Positions 48,076-57,915 of a stretch of DNA of 64,000 nt are shown here, piece by piece (positions within the stretch are counted from its first letter, which is position 1; each line of letters opens with the position of its first letter). The DNA comes from Vulcanimicrobiota bacterium (GTDB taxonomy: Bacteria; Vulcanimicrobiota; Vulcanimicrobiia; Vulcanimicrobiales; Vulcanimicrobiaceae). The position numbers and the translations under genes are program-made. Below the pieces are notes generated by a model, which was given only the letters and a program-made list of their open reading frames with translations, ran no database searches and was not told where the DNA came from. The stretch lies in NCBI GenBank assembly GCA_963812155.1, contig CAWETW010000001.1, positions 160,001-224,000 of the forward strand, written 5' to 3'.

Positions 48076-48569
48076 GCGATGATGTCGTCGACGGTTTGCG
48101 CGGTCGTGAGGTGGTCCGCCTCGACGACGTGATCGGCGTGCGCGTACTGCGGCATGCGCTTGGCGTAGAGTTCCTGGATCCGCGCGAGCGACGGGGTCGG
48201 ACCGAGCAGCGGCCGCACGCGCCGGCTGTGCCGCATACGCTCGAGCGCCTGCTCGGGCGTGATCTTGATGAAGACGCGATACGCGCGCTTCTTCAACAGC
48301 CGTTGATTCTCGTCGCTGCTCAGCGCGCCGCCGCCGAGCGCCACGACGCCGGGCTCGCCTTCGTCGAGCACGTGTTCGAGCGCGGCCGCCTCGTAGCGCC
48401 GGAACGCCGCCTCCCCTTCGTCGTAAAAGATGTCGGAGACGGCGCCGTGTTCGCGCACGACGAGATCGTCGACGTCGAAGAACGCACGTTTGAGACGGCG
48501 CGCGAGCCGCTTACCGATCGTCGATTTCCCGGCGGCCATGAAGCCGACGAGCGCAACGTGACGTTTCAT
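48042..48569 (-). CDS. aroK: Shikimate kinase
   Basis: [29 protein letters not shown]. Confidence 0.95.
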   Translation of the reverse strand: MKRHVALVGFMAAGKSTIGKRLARRLKRAFFDVDDLVVREHGAVSDIFYDEGEAAFRRYEAAALEHVLDEGEPGVVALGGGALSSDENQRLLKKRAYRVFIKITPEQALERMRHSRRVRPLLGPTPSLARIQELYAKRMPQYAHADHVVEADHLTTAQTVDDIIAWLHKKKIAIP

Positions 48570-49730
48570 ACGCTTTCTTCTCCAAAGAGCGCCGCCGCGG
48601 CGGCGCGGCTGCGACGCAGATTGTCGAGCGTCTCTTCCATCGAGTCGCCGCCGTACTTCTCGAGCACCGGAGCGGTCAGCGCCAGACGGACCATCGCTTC
48701 GCCGACGATCGCTGCCGCCGGAACGACGCAGACGTCGCTGCGGACGACGGTCGCCGGCGCGCCGGACATCGCGTGCAGGTTCACCGACGGCAGCGCCTTG
48801 GCAAGCGTCGGAATCGGTTTGACGGCGACGCGTACGATCAGCGGCTGCCCGTTGCTCATGCCGCCCTCGATGCCGCCCGCGCGATTGCTCGCACGCACGA
48901 CGGATTCGCCGTCGAGCGCAAACGTGTCGTGCGCCTGCGATCCCGGTTTGGACGCGACCTCGCCGCCGAGGCCGATCTCGACGGACTTTACCGTCTGCAT
49001 CCCCATCACGGCGCCGGCCAGGATGCCGTCGAGCCGCTGTTGCGGCTGGCGGTTGCTGCCGATTCCGGCCGGCAAGCCGTCGACGCGCACCACGAATCGG
49101 CCGCCGAGCGTGTCGCCGCCGCTCTTGGCGGCATCGATCGCCGCAATCATCCGTTCGCTCACGCGTGCATCCGGATTGCGCACGTCGCTGCGTTCGACGT
49201 CGTCCTGCTTCCAGTCGTCGAACTCCGGCGATTCGACATCGCCGATTTGGCTCACGTAACTGCGCGTCGCGATCCCGAGCGCGCCGAGAAACTGCGCGCA
49301 GATCGCGCGCGAGGCAGACGCGCATCGCCGTTTCGCGCGCGCTCGCGCGCTCGAGCACGTTGCGCAGATCGCGATGGCGGTATTTCAACGCGCCCGCATA
49401 GTCGGCGTGGCCGGGACGCGGATTGGTGAGCGGCGCACCCGAGCCGGTCAGGGGATCCATCAACGCGCGCACCGACGGCGTGTCGTAATCGCGATTGCGC
49501 ACGAGCACGGCGATCGGCGATCCGAGCGTTTCGCCGCCGCGCACGCCGGCGAGAAACTCGACGGCATCGCTTTCGATCTTCATGCGCGCGCCGCGTCCGT
49601 AACCGCCTTGCCGGCGCGCAAGCACGTCGTTGATCGCCGCGACGTCGAGCGCGAGATGCGCGGGAATGCCGTCGACGATGCCGACGAGCGCGGGGCCGTG
49701 CGATTCGCCGGCTGTGAGGTAGGAGAACAT
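48566..49730 (-). CDS. aroC: Chorismate synthase; +1 frameshift near 49305-49311, probably an assembly error
   Basis: [21 protein letters not shown] in one frame; [24 protein letters not shown] in the next. Confidence 0.95.
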
Positions 49731-49937
49731 CGGACGCCAGCCTTTCGGCGGCAGGCGGTCGCGCCACCCCTCAATGGCGTTGTCCGAGCCGCCACGCAGC
49801 GCAAGCGGGTGCACGGCCAGGAGTTCGCTCCGAGACTCATCAACCATCGATTTCGGTCACCAAGCGTCGAAATTGGTGATTCCACGGCGCGATCTTGCGT
49901 TTCTATGGTGTCGTCGGCTTTTTGATGTGGAGGAACC

Positions 49938-50975
49938 GTGCATTCTCGATTTTTCGCAGCTTTTGCAGCCTGTGCGCTCGTCGCGCTGGGCGGGTGTTCG
50001 GGGTCGGCTCCCAATCTATCGCCCTCGACGTCGTCAACCGGCCCGAAGGGCACGGTCGACCCCGACGTGTACGTCGCCAACGGCCACGGCAACAACGTGA
50101 CCGTCTACGGCCCAACCGACGATGCCCCGAAACGCACGATAACCGACGGCATCGATTTCCCCGTCCGGCTCGCGTTCGATAGCGCCGGCAACCTCTACAT
50201 CGCCAACGAACACGGCGATACGGTCACCGTCTACGCGCCCGGCAGCAGCACCGTCCTACGCACGATTTCGCAGGGCGTCAAGGCTCCGGACGCGCTGGCG
50301 TTCGACCCTGCTGGAAACCTCTACGTGGGCAACACCGGCTGCGAGGAAGTGACGTGCAAGCCTCGGGTGTTCGCCAGCATCACCGCATACGCCGCCGGAA
50401 CGTCGAACCTCGTCCGAACGATCACCGAACAAGTGACTAACCCATACGCGCTGGCGTTTGACGCGTCGGGCAATCTGTACGATGCGAACTACTTCCACAC
50501 CGGAAGCGTCACCGTCTACGCTCCGGGCAACGACCAGCCGGTGCGCCTCGTGAAGGACGGGATTAATTATCCGCAGTCGCTCGTGCTCGACAGCGCCACG
50601 AACTTGTACGTCGGAAATACGAACGGCACCATCACGGTGTACGCTAACGGCGGCGAAACACTCCTGAGAACCATCACGCAAGGCGTGAATGAGCCGAAGG
50701 CGATGGCGCTCGACAGCTCCGAGAATCTCTACTCGGCGAACTTTGGATTGCGTACCGTTACGGTCTACGCTCCGGGCCACTCCGACGTGCTCCGGACGAT
50801 TTCCGACGGCGTTCGCCTCCCTATTTCGATGGCAATCAACAATGCCGGAGACCTCTACGTGGGTAACGCCTGGTCGGAGGACACGATCACCGCCTATGCG
50901 GCGGGCACCAACACTCTCAAGCGAACCATCCACCAAGGCATCAAGTTTCCGATTTCCTTAGCCTTTGGTCCTTAA
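49938..50975 (+). CDS. NHL-repeat beta-propeller lipoprotein
   Basis: LGGC lipobox; about seven ~40-aa repeats of VTVYAPG...LRTI..GV..P..LAFD..GNLYV.N; GGAGG SD. Confidence 0.85.
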   Translation: MHSRFFAAFAACALVALGGCSGSAPNLSPSTSSTGPKGTVDPDVYVANGHGNNVTVYGPTDDAPKRTITDGIDFPVRLAFDSAGNLYIANEHGDTVTVYAPGSSTVLRTISQGVKAPDALAFDPAGNLYVGNTGCEEVTCKPRVFASITAYAAGTSNLVRTITEQVTNPYALAFDASGNLYDANYFHTGSVTVYAPGNDQPVRLVKDGINYPQSLVLDSATNLYVGNTNGTITVYANGGETLLRTITQGVNEPKAMALDSSENLYSANFGLRTVTVYAPGHSDVLRTISDGVRLPISMAINNAGDLYVGNAWSEDTITAYAAGTNTLKRTIHQGIKFPISLAFGP

Positions 50976-51006
50976 GCGCCCATCGGCGACCCCAAGCGAA
51001 CTCCAG

Positions 51007-52371
51007 CTACCGGTGCGGCACCGGTCCGCCCGGATAAATGACGTGCGGCGTGATGAGAAAAACGATCTCGTCGCGTTCGTGCGCCATCTGTTTATTTTGA
51101 AAGAGCTTTCCCAATACGGGAATGTCGGCGAGCCCGGGGATTTTGGAAATCGTTTGACTGCTCGTATCCCGCATGAGACCGCCTAACACGATTGTCTCGT
51201 TATCGCTAACTCGAAGCGTGGAATCGATCTTGCGATTAGCGACGATCGGATATCCGGTCGGCGTGAAACCAACCAGTTCGCTGTACTCGGGGTGAAGCTC
51301 GGCGGTAACCGTTCCGTCGGTGCCGATGGTGGGCGTCAAACGGAGATGCACGCCGATGTCGACGTACTGCACGTTTTGTCCGCCGAAGACCGACGTGCTG
51401 TAGACGATCGGATACGTCTCGCCGATCGTTAAATCGGCTTCCTTATTGTTGACGGTAACGAGCTTCGGCGTCGCGAGAATCTGCGCCCGTCCTTTGCTCA
51501 CCATCGCATTGAGCGTGACGTAAACCGGGATCGTCCCGCCGACGAAGTTATACGCGACGGCACCAGGCAACGGATTCCCCTGGAGGTCGACGCCGCCGAA
51601 CTCGAGACCGAAGTTACTCGCGTCGTTGATGGGCGTCACGTCGGCAACCTTCACCTCGAAGAGCACCTGTGCGCTCGGCCGGTCGATGCCGGACAGTAAA
51701 TTGCGCGTTGCGGCCTGGACGCGCTCGCCGCCCGTTGCCAGCACGGCATTGAGTTCCTCATCGGCGAGAAACGAGCCGTCCGCGATCGCGCTCTTTAACT
51801 TCGGGACGGCATCGTCGGCGCGCAGGAAGCGCAGCCGGTAAGCCTGCGTCGCCGATTCGGCATCGATGCCCGCCGACGCCTGAGAATCGAGCGCCGCAAC
51901 CAGACGCCGCGCACGCGTAAGCGTTTCCTCATCACCCGCAACCATCACGCTGGCGCTGCGCTTGTCGGCATCGATGACCGTCCCCGCCGGAAGTACGTCG
52001 GTGAGCTCCTTTGCAACGTCCTCGGGCTGCGCGTGTCGTAAAGAGAAGACGACGCCTGCCGCACGGCGGTTCATCGCTTCTGCCGTGCCCACGACCAAAA
52101 TGCCGCCCTCGGACCGAACCTGCAAGGAGTGAGCCGACGCGATGACGCGCAGCGCTTCATCGAACGTTACCCCGTGGAGATGGAGGGTTATGCGCTCCGG
52201 TTTGACGGATCCATCGGTCACTACGTTGACGCCGGCCTCTGCAGCGAGCATGGCAATGACGTCGCTGATGTCCACGTCGCGCACGTCGATCGTGATTGAA
52301 TCCGTGGCCCCTCGCGCCGGTGCCACCGCCATGACGGCACAGAGACACATGGCTAGCGCCGCGCGCTTCAC
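51007..52371 (-). CDS. Secretin (PilQ/GspD family)
   Basis: Signal peptide, N0 and two N3-like domains, QVLFEVKV, ATPKLVT, IVLGGLM, KIPGLADIPVLGKLF, FLITP. Confidence 0.93.
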   Translation of the reverse strand: MKRAALAMCLCAVMAVAPARGATDSITIDVRDVDISDVIAMLAAEAGVNVVTDGSVKPERITLHLHGVTFDEALRVIASAHSLQVRSEGGILVVGTAEAMNRRAAGVVFSLRHAQPEDVAKELTDVLPAGTVIDADKRSASVMVAGDEETLTRARRLVAALDSQASAGIDAESATQAYRLRFLRADDAVPKLKSAIADGSFLADEELNAVLATGGERVQAATRNLLSGIDRPSAQVLFEVKVADVTPINDASNFGLEFGGVDLQGNPLPGAVAYNFVGGTIPVYVTLNAMVSKGRAQILATPKLVTVNNKEADLTIGETYPIVYSTSVFGGQNVQYVDIGVHLRLTPTIGTDGTVTAELHPEYSELVGFTPTGYPIVANRKIDSTLRVSDNETIVLGGLMRDTSSQTISKIPGLADIPVLGKLFQNKQMAHERDEIVFLITPHVIYPGGPVPHR

Positions 52372-52853
52372 GGATGCCTCACCGGAAAGCGCAACGTCTC
52401 CCCGTCTTCCAGCGCCACGCCGTTTGCGTCGATTGACACTACGGAGGAGCCGAGCAACGGCGAACCTACGCGCACGGACTCGACGCGTCCGCCCATCTCA
52501 ACCAATGCGGCGGGGTGCGCACCGAGCAGTACGCCGCGCACGACCGCGCCGGCGGCCGGTCCCATTTGCGACGCGCCGGCATTCGGTGGCAAGACGATGC
52601 CGGCAACGGCCTGTTCCAAACCGCCGGCAACGGGCACGTCCTCGCTGGAGACGAACGGGTCGCGTCGTATCCGGGGCGTTGGATAACGAAGCCGTCCCGG
52701 CAAACCTAGTTCGGCACGAGGCGTCGCCAAGGATTCGTCCACCGGTCCCGCGAGATTTGCCACGGGCAATGCGCAGAGCACCAGCAGCAACGCGCCGAGG
52801 AAAAGGGAGGGTGCGATCGACGTTCCGCGGCTAATGCCGCCCGAATATTTCAT
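52368..52853 (-). CDS. PilP-position protein
   Basis: AAGGAG SD, TM helix, RRDPF motif, beta-rich C-terminus; directly before the secretin. Confidence 0.65.
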   Translation of the reverse strand: MKYSGGISRGTSIAPSLFLGALLLVLCALPVANLAGPVDESLATPRAELGLPGRLRYPTPRIRRDPFVSSEDVPVAGGLEQAVAGIVLPPNAGASQMGPAAGAVVRGVLLGAHPAALVEMGGRVESVRVGSPLLGSSVVSIDANGVALEDGETLRFPVRHP

Positions 52854-53412
52854 CGTGCTTCTCCTTAGGCAGAGCTTCCAGCCGATAGTAGAGCGTTGCG
52901 TGCAGCGTTGCATCGATTTGACCGGCGACGTCTGCAGCACTCGCGAGGGTCGCATCCGACACTTCAAGCAAGACTTCGTGACGAGAAATATCGGCAATTG
53001 CCGCAAGAACGTCGCGATAGGTCCCGCGCATGGTTATCGTCACGTCTTCCGCGCCGGCCGTCTGCGCCGCCGCGTCCGGCAGCTGCGGCGCCAAACCGCC
53101 GATCGCGACGTGCACGTGCGAGCTTTCGTGCTGGAGTAGTTCGAGCGTGCGAAGCGTCGCCGATCCGGCGCCGCGCTCGCCCGCGAGCCGAGCAACGTCG
53201 CGCGCCACGCGGTCCCGTGCGGCCGACAAACCGTCGGCGCCTCGCAACAGCCGTTCGTTGCGGATGGAGAGATCGTAAAGCTCGTGCTCGCGAGCACGGA
53301 TGGTTTGCAGGCTCCGCTCGGCCGGTGCGATCGCGAAGAGGTACTCGCTCAGCACAAGCGCAGCGACAAACACCCAGGCCCAGGTCGTGGGGCCGGGCAC
53401 CGGGCGCGTCAC
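52831..53412 (-). CDS. PilO/GspM-like protein
   Basis: TM helix, coiled coil, ITMRGTY..VL ferredoxin-like domain; operon position. Confidence 0.72.
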   Translation of the reverse strand: MTRPVPGPTTWAWVFVAALVLSEYLFAIAPAERSLQTIRAREHELYDLSIRNERLLRGADGLSAARDRVARDVARLAGERGAGSATLRTLELLQHESSHVHVAIGGLAPQLPDAAAQTAGAEDVTITMRGTYRDVLAAIADISRHEVLLEVSDATLASAADVAGQIDATLHATLYYRLEALPKEKHDEIFGRH

Positions 53413-53978
53413 CGGGTCGTTCCGGCGCGAATTTCGAAAGCAAGCATTCCGGCTCCGAATCCATCTTCACGCGTCATCCGGAACGACGCATCGGCGGCAA
53501 GCTCGCGGTCGCCCAAGAGATTTCCGAGTACCGCAGACGCTGCGGGCAAATCGACGCCACGGGCTTTTAGCGCGTAACCCGAAGGGCTTACCGTCAGCGT
53601 CGTCGCCGAGGCACGACGCGGAAATGCATTCCCGACGTCAGCAATTCGGACCGCAACGTGCGACCCCGACAAGCGAATTTCACGAAGCCGGCGGTCGCGC
53701 GTGGCGAGCGCGTCGAGTTGCTGCCATTGCAGGCGCACCGCGTCGAGTGCGTGACGCGTCTCTTCGAAGTGTTCCCGCACCCGCCACTCCGACGACCGCG
53801 CCGCATGCAGACGGAGGCTCTCAACGCCGGCCGTGACCGCGATCGCGACCGCCGCAACACCGGCCACAATGGTCTGTACGTATACCTCGGGAGGAAGACG
53901 CAGCGACGCGATTCGTTCGACCAAGGCGGGGCGAGGATCGTGCAGAAAATCAAAACGAATCACGCGCGCACGCTCCAT
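53409..53978 (-). CDS. PilN-like protein
   Basis: TM helix, coiled coil and C-terminal domain; between the pilM-like and pilO-like genes. Confidence 0.65.
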   Translation of the reverse strand: MERARVIRFDFLHDPRPALVERIASLRLPPEVYVQTIVAGVAAVAIAVTAGVESLRLHAARSSEWRVREHFEETRHALDAVRLQWQQLDALATRDRRLREIRLSGSHVAVRIADVGNAFPRRASATTLTVSPSGYALKARGVDLPAASAVLGNLLGDRELAADASFRMTREDGFGAGMLAFEIRAGTTR

Positions 53979-54934
53979 GCCGCGAGACTCACGGCCAGCG
54001 TCCAGTCGTGCGCGCTCGCCCGCAACACATCGCTCGGGTAGGCGTTGCTCGCAAGCACGCCGCTCGTGGAGTGCTCCGCGCGAACGCCGCAAGCGGATTC
54101 GATCGCCTCGAGCAGTCCGACCAGCCGGGACCCATTACCCGTGACGGAAAAGCGCCGCAAACCCGGCATGCGTTCGCGAGCTTTTGTCAGCGCGGTACGC
54201 ACCGCTTGCACGAATTCGTCGCGAGCCGCGACGCCGGCGCCGGCGTTTCCGAGCAAACACTTCCTTCGTTCGGCGGCCGGTACGTCTATGCCGAGATCGG
54301 CTGCAATGGCACCCGTCATCTCTGCGCCGCCGCCGCCGACGGCAACGGCGAGCGGACCAGCCGGCGAAAAGACGTGCAGCGTGGATCGCCGGTATCCGAT
54401 GTCGAGCACGGCATCGTATTCGGGAAACGCGCGGTACCACGCACATCCTTCGTAATCGGCCGCGACCGGGCGGAGCCCAGCGCCCGTTACGCACCTGCTG
54501 CGTGACGACAGGACGGTCGCCCGCGCGACGCCGACACCATAGAGTTGGCGCGCCCTATCGGCCGCATGCGCCCGCACGATGGTTGCAACCATTCCAAGGT
54601 CCCACGGCGCGATTCGTTCGGCTTCGAAGTGCGCGGCACGCCGGCGTTCCGGCTCGCTCATGGCCGGAAACCGCACGAGTCGCAGTGAGGCGGCCTCGGC
54701 ACCTACGCTGAAAACGCAACGGCGCTCACGCGTGCCGATCTCACGATGCGCATCTTCAATGACGGCTGCGACGAGCTCCGGTTCTGCGATGGATTCGGCC
54801 GTCACGGTATCTTCGGGTAAGTCTCGACTCGCGACTGCCACGAGTCGCGCCGCACCGTCCGCGTGCTCGCTGAGAGCAATTCGAACGCGTGACGAACCGA
54901 GATCGACGCCGAGCGGCAGCGACGTCTTCTTCAC
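53960..54934 (-). CDS. pilM: PilM-like actin-fold assembly protein
   Basis: LGVDLGSSRVR, VLDIG, GGG..MT..IA, VTGNGSRL. Confidence 0.85.
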   Translation of the reverse strand: MKKTSLPLGVDLGSSRVRIALSEHADGAARLVAVASRDLPEDTVTAESIAEPELVAAVIEDAHREIGTRERRCVFSVGAEAASLRLVRFPAMSEPERRRAAHFEAERIAPWDLGMVATIVRAHAADRARQLYGVGVARATVLSSRSRCVTGAGLRPVAADYEGCAWYRAFPEYDAVLDIGYRRSTLHVFSPAGPLAVAVGGGGAEMTGAIAADLGIDVPAAERRKCLLGNAGAGVAARDEFVQAVRTALTKARERMPGLRRFSVTGNGSRLVGLLEAIESACGVRAEHSTSGVLASNAYPSDVLRASAHDWTLAVSLAAWSVRA

Positions 54935-55527
54935 TCGCACGCCAGGACTCCGTACGAGGCTCCTATTGCGAGAAACGGTGCAAAACGCAGTGCGCTCCGG
55001 CGTTGGGCTCGTCCGGTGATCACGAGCGCGAACGCGACGATCCCGGCGCATACCGCCGCCATGCGTAAGGCTTCGACGGTGCACGCGACGCCTAAACCGG
55101 CGCCGATGGCGGCGGCGAGCTTCACGTCTCCAAGACCGATGCCCCGGCCGGCAGTCACAGCGTAGACGAGGAGCGGTACTCCGCCGCCTAATCCGCAGCC
55201 GGCCATCGCGCCGACGAGTGCATGTGCCTTCGATGCAAGCAGCAGCGATGCCGTGAGCCCGCCGAGCGAAATCCAATCGAAAACGTAGCCGCTCTGCAGA
55301 TCGGTCGCGGCGCAGACCCACGTACATGCCAGAACGACCGCTTTACCGATCGATCGATCGCCGTGTACTGCGAGCCACACCGAGAATGCCATCGCGATCG
55401 CTGCGGGAACGATGGCCGCCGCGCACCGGCTCGAAAACTCTACCCCGTACGCGCGACTGCGATTTCGTGCGATCGCTCCGAAGGTTAGCAGCGCCGCCGC
55501 GGCCGTCGCCGGTATACCGAGGGTCAC
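54931..55527 (-). CDS. Prepilin peptidase (A24), lacking the N-terminal Cys domain
   Basis: ATDL...VFD, GIGLGDVKL, FAPFL. Confidence 0.88.
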   Translation of the reverse strand: MTLGIPATAAAALLTFGAIARNRSRAYGVEFSSRCAAAIVPAAIAMAFSVWLAVHGDRSIGKAVVLACTWVCAATDLQSGYVFDWISLGGLTASLLLASKAHALVGAMAGCGLGGGVPLLVYAVTAGRGIGLGDVKLAAAIGAGLGVACTVEALRMAAVCAGIVAFALVITGRAQRRSALRFAPFLAIGASYGVLACE

Positions 55528-56062
55528 GGCCGGTGCCGTCGTCTGCAAGCGCGTGCAACGCCGCAGGCATTTTTGGAGCCAGGACGAGCGCGGCGCGAAA
55601 AAGCCGTACCGCAGCGCGCTCGTCTGCGACGGTGCGTGACGCGAACCCGGCCAATGCCAGGGCGCGTGCGTCGCGCGTGCGATAGCCCGCGACGGCAAAG
55701 TCCGCGGCCGCCGTTGAAGCGTCGCCCAGCGCTCGACATGCCATCGCGCGATCCATGCGAATGGCGTCGTCGTCCGGACGGCGATCCAGGTAACCGGTAG
55801 ACCGTTCGACCGCGTCCCGCATCTGCGTCCGATTTCGAAGCAGCGTCGACACGAACAGCACGCGATCGAGCGCCACGGTGTTGTTCGCGTCGAATCGTAG
55901 GGCGCGACGATAGTAGCGCAAAGCCGCCTTCGAGTTCGAACGGTACAGAAACTCGTCGCCGCGGACCACCAGCGCATCGGCGACTTGTCCGCGAAGCAGA
56001 ATCCCGGAAACGGCAACGGCTGCAGCAGCGAGCGCAACGCGCCGCGCCGGATGCGAAGTCAC
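55524..56062 (-). CDS. TPR-like protein (as assembled it runs on to 55343; true 3' end uncertain)
   Basis: N-terminal TM helix, ALRYYRRAL / LFRAAL helical repeats; GTGA overlap with the upstream gene. Confidence 0.65.
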
Positions 56063-56664
56063 GCCAGGACCGCGTAGTACGCGCCTAATGCAATCGCTAG
56101 ACCGCCCGCAACCGTCGCGGTCGCCTCTACCGGCCATCGCAGTCGCAACAACCCGCCGACGTGCGCCGACGACCCGGCCGCAAGCGCTACAAGCGGCACC
56201 GCATGTCCGAGGGCAAACGCCGCCGGAACGAACGGATCCCGTCCCGCCATCGTCCAGCCGGCGCCCGCGAGCGCCGCCAGCGGCCCGCAGCAGGGCGATC
56301 CGACGATTCCAGCGGCACCTCCCCAAAAGAACGCGATCCCGCACGAGGGCGACGTTCGCTCGTTTGCGCATCGGTGCGTACGTAAAATGCCGGCGATGCC
56401 GGCAATGACGCAAAGGATCGCCAGCAAGGCGTACGTCTGCACGGAATACGCGGCGATGCGAGCGACTGCAGTCCCCGCCCAACATGCGGCGACGAAGCTC
56501 AATGCGGAGCCCGCAACGAACGATCCCAGCCGAAGGCATCGGCGTGCTCCTGAGCTGCCGCTGCAGAGCGTAACCGCTGCAAGAAACCGTGGTGCGACGC
56601 AGGGGCCGGTGCTCGTTGCAATGCCTGCGCCGAAAGCCGCTATCGTAAGCCACGCCTCGCTCAT
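56059..56664 (-). CDS. CcdA/DsbD-beta-like thiol-disulfide membrane protein
   Basis: About six TM helices with AGIATSTGPCVAP and GSPCCGP motifs, FALGHAVPL. Confidence 0.8.
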   Translation of the reverse strand: MSEAWLTIAAFGAGIATSTGPCVAPRFLAAVTLCSGSSGARRCLRLGSFVAGSALSFVAACWAGTAVARIAAYSVQTYALLAILCVIAGIAGILRTHRCANERTSPSCGIAFFWGGAAGIVGSPCCGPLAALAGAGWTMAGRDPFVPAAFALGHAVPLVALAAGSSAHVGGLLRLRWPVEATATVAGGLAIALGAYYAVLA

Positions 56665-57146
56665 TTGTTGGTCGCGGCCAGCCCAGCCGAGGACGAATAT
56701 TCGATGTGCGTAAACCTCGTATCCGGCGAGATGTTTTGCAGCGTTCCGGGGTCGTGCGTTCCAGGGCAAACAATGGTGTACGCTGCCGACCCCGTATCGC
56801 CGCCGGTGACCGTAAACGTGTAAAATTCGCCGGGTCCTCCCGCAGGGTCGACCGGCGTCTGTTTCAGATACGGCGATAGTTCCGCATTGTTCGAGTTTAC
56901 GGTCCCGCTCGATGGATAGTGATCGTTATCCGTTTGGAAAAGTTCGAGTGCGGTAGCAATCTCCTTGAGATTCGACTCACACGCCGACGTCTGGCCTTGC
57001 GCGCGCGCTCTTACGAAGTTCGGAACGAGAATGCTGACGAGGATGGCGATGATCGCCACCACAATCATCATTTCGATCAGCGTAAAACCTTCTTGATAGC
57101 GCGGCTGGAGTCGACGGGATGCAGCACCCGCAAGGCCAAGAGCCAT
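56661..57146 (-). CDS. Type IV pilin or pseudopilin
   Basis: Class III signal EG|FTLIEMMIVVAIIAILVSILVPNF; two Cys residues. Confidence 0.92.
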   Translation of the reverse strand: MALGLAGAASRRLQPRYQEGFTLIEMMIVVAIIAILVSILVPNFVRARAQGQTSACESNLKEIATALELFQTDNDHYPSSGTVNSNNAELSPYLKQTPVDPAGGPGEFYTFTVTGGDTGSAAYTIVCPGTHDPGTLQNISPDTRFTHIEYSSSAGLAATNK

Positions 57147-57204
57147 CGTACAACCTCAACTAGAAAGTAGCGTCGTGACGGTCGCAGTAGTGCCCGGCGC
57201 CGAT

Positions 57205-57915
57205 TTACATCGAGACGACCGAACCGTGTCCGCGCAGCCGCGACATCGCCGTACGATGCAGCCGCGTTACGTGTCTTCGCGAATATCCCAAACGTTTGGC
57301 AAGGTCGACGATCGTCGTGCCTTCCAGATGAATCGAACGAACGATCTGTGTCTCGAGCGGGGTCAGCACGGCAAACATGCGCTCGAGCGCCATGCCGTCG
57401 AGTATCGATTCGAAATCGGCCGACTCTTCGCGCCAAGCCGCGACTGGAAGCGCCTCGAACGACGCGACCCGCCCACTAACGCGATAGTCGCGAACGTCAC
57501 GTTGTTCGGCCGGCGTCGCGTTGATGTATTGTGCGACGTCGGCTTCGCGCGGCTCCCTTCCTAGAATGGACCAGAGTTCGCGCTCGGCGGCCACCCAGCG
57601 GCGTTCTAAATCGCGAATGCGGCGCGGCGCCCGCAGAAGCCGCTCTCCGTCGCGCACGTGATGCATCAATTCTCCGAGGATCAGGAGCCACGCATACGCC
57701 TCGAACGGCGTCGCCTGCGCGCGGTCGTAGCGGTCGACCGCCTTAATCAGTCCGATCGCGGCAACCTGTTCGAGGTCGGCGCGGTCGAGCGAGGGCCGGA
57801 CGAACCGGCGAGCGGCTCGGCGGCACAAATAACGGTGTTCTTCAATAGCGGCATCCCGGTCTTCGGGGCGCCGGTGCGTAGTCCAAAGGTCGATAATGGA
57901 GAGTCGTTCGTTCAT
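57205..57915 (-). CDS. Sigma-70 family alternative sigma factor (SigB/SigF-like)
   Basis: DLEQVAAIGLIKAVDRYD..FEAYA..ILGEL.H..RD, region 3, HTH LAKRLGYSRRHVTRL. Confidence 0.9.
   Translation of the reverse strand: MNERLSIIDLWTTHRRPEDRDAAIEEHRYLCRRAARRFVRPSLDRADLEQVAAIGLIKAVDRYDRAQATPFEAYAWLLILGELMHHVRDGERLLRAPRRIRDLERRWVAAERELWSILGREPREADVAQYINATPAEQRDVRDYRVSGRVASFEALPVAAWREESADFESILDGMALERMFAVLTPLETQIVRSIHLEGTTIVDLAKRLGYSRRHVTRLHRTAMSRLRGHGSVVSM

Noticed and set aside
49300..49320. aroC frameshift as real gene inactivation
   Set aside because: One extra base in a GCGCGC tract, with aroK and aroB intact; same error pattern as glmM.
55343..55523. Genuine long overlap of the TPR gene into the prepilin peptidase
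   Set aside because: The extension reads like off-frame sequence; a one-base correction would end the gene at the GTGA junction (55524), as for its neighbours.
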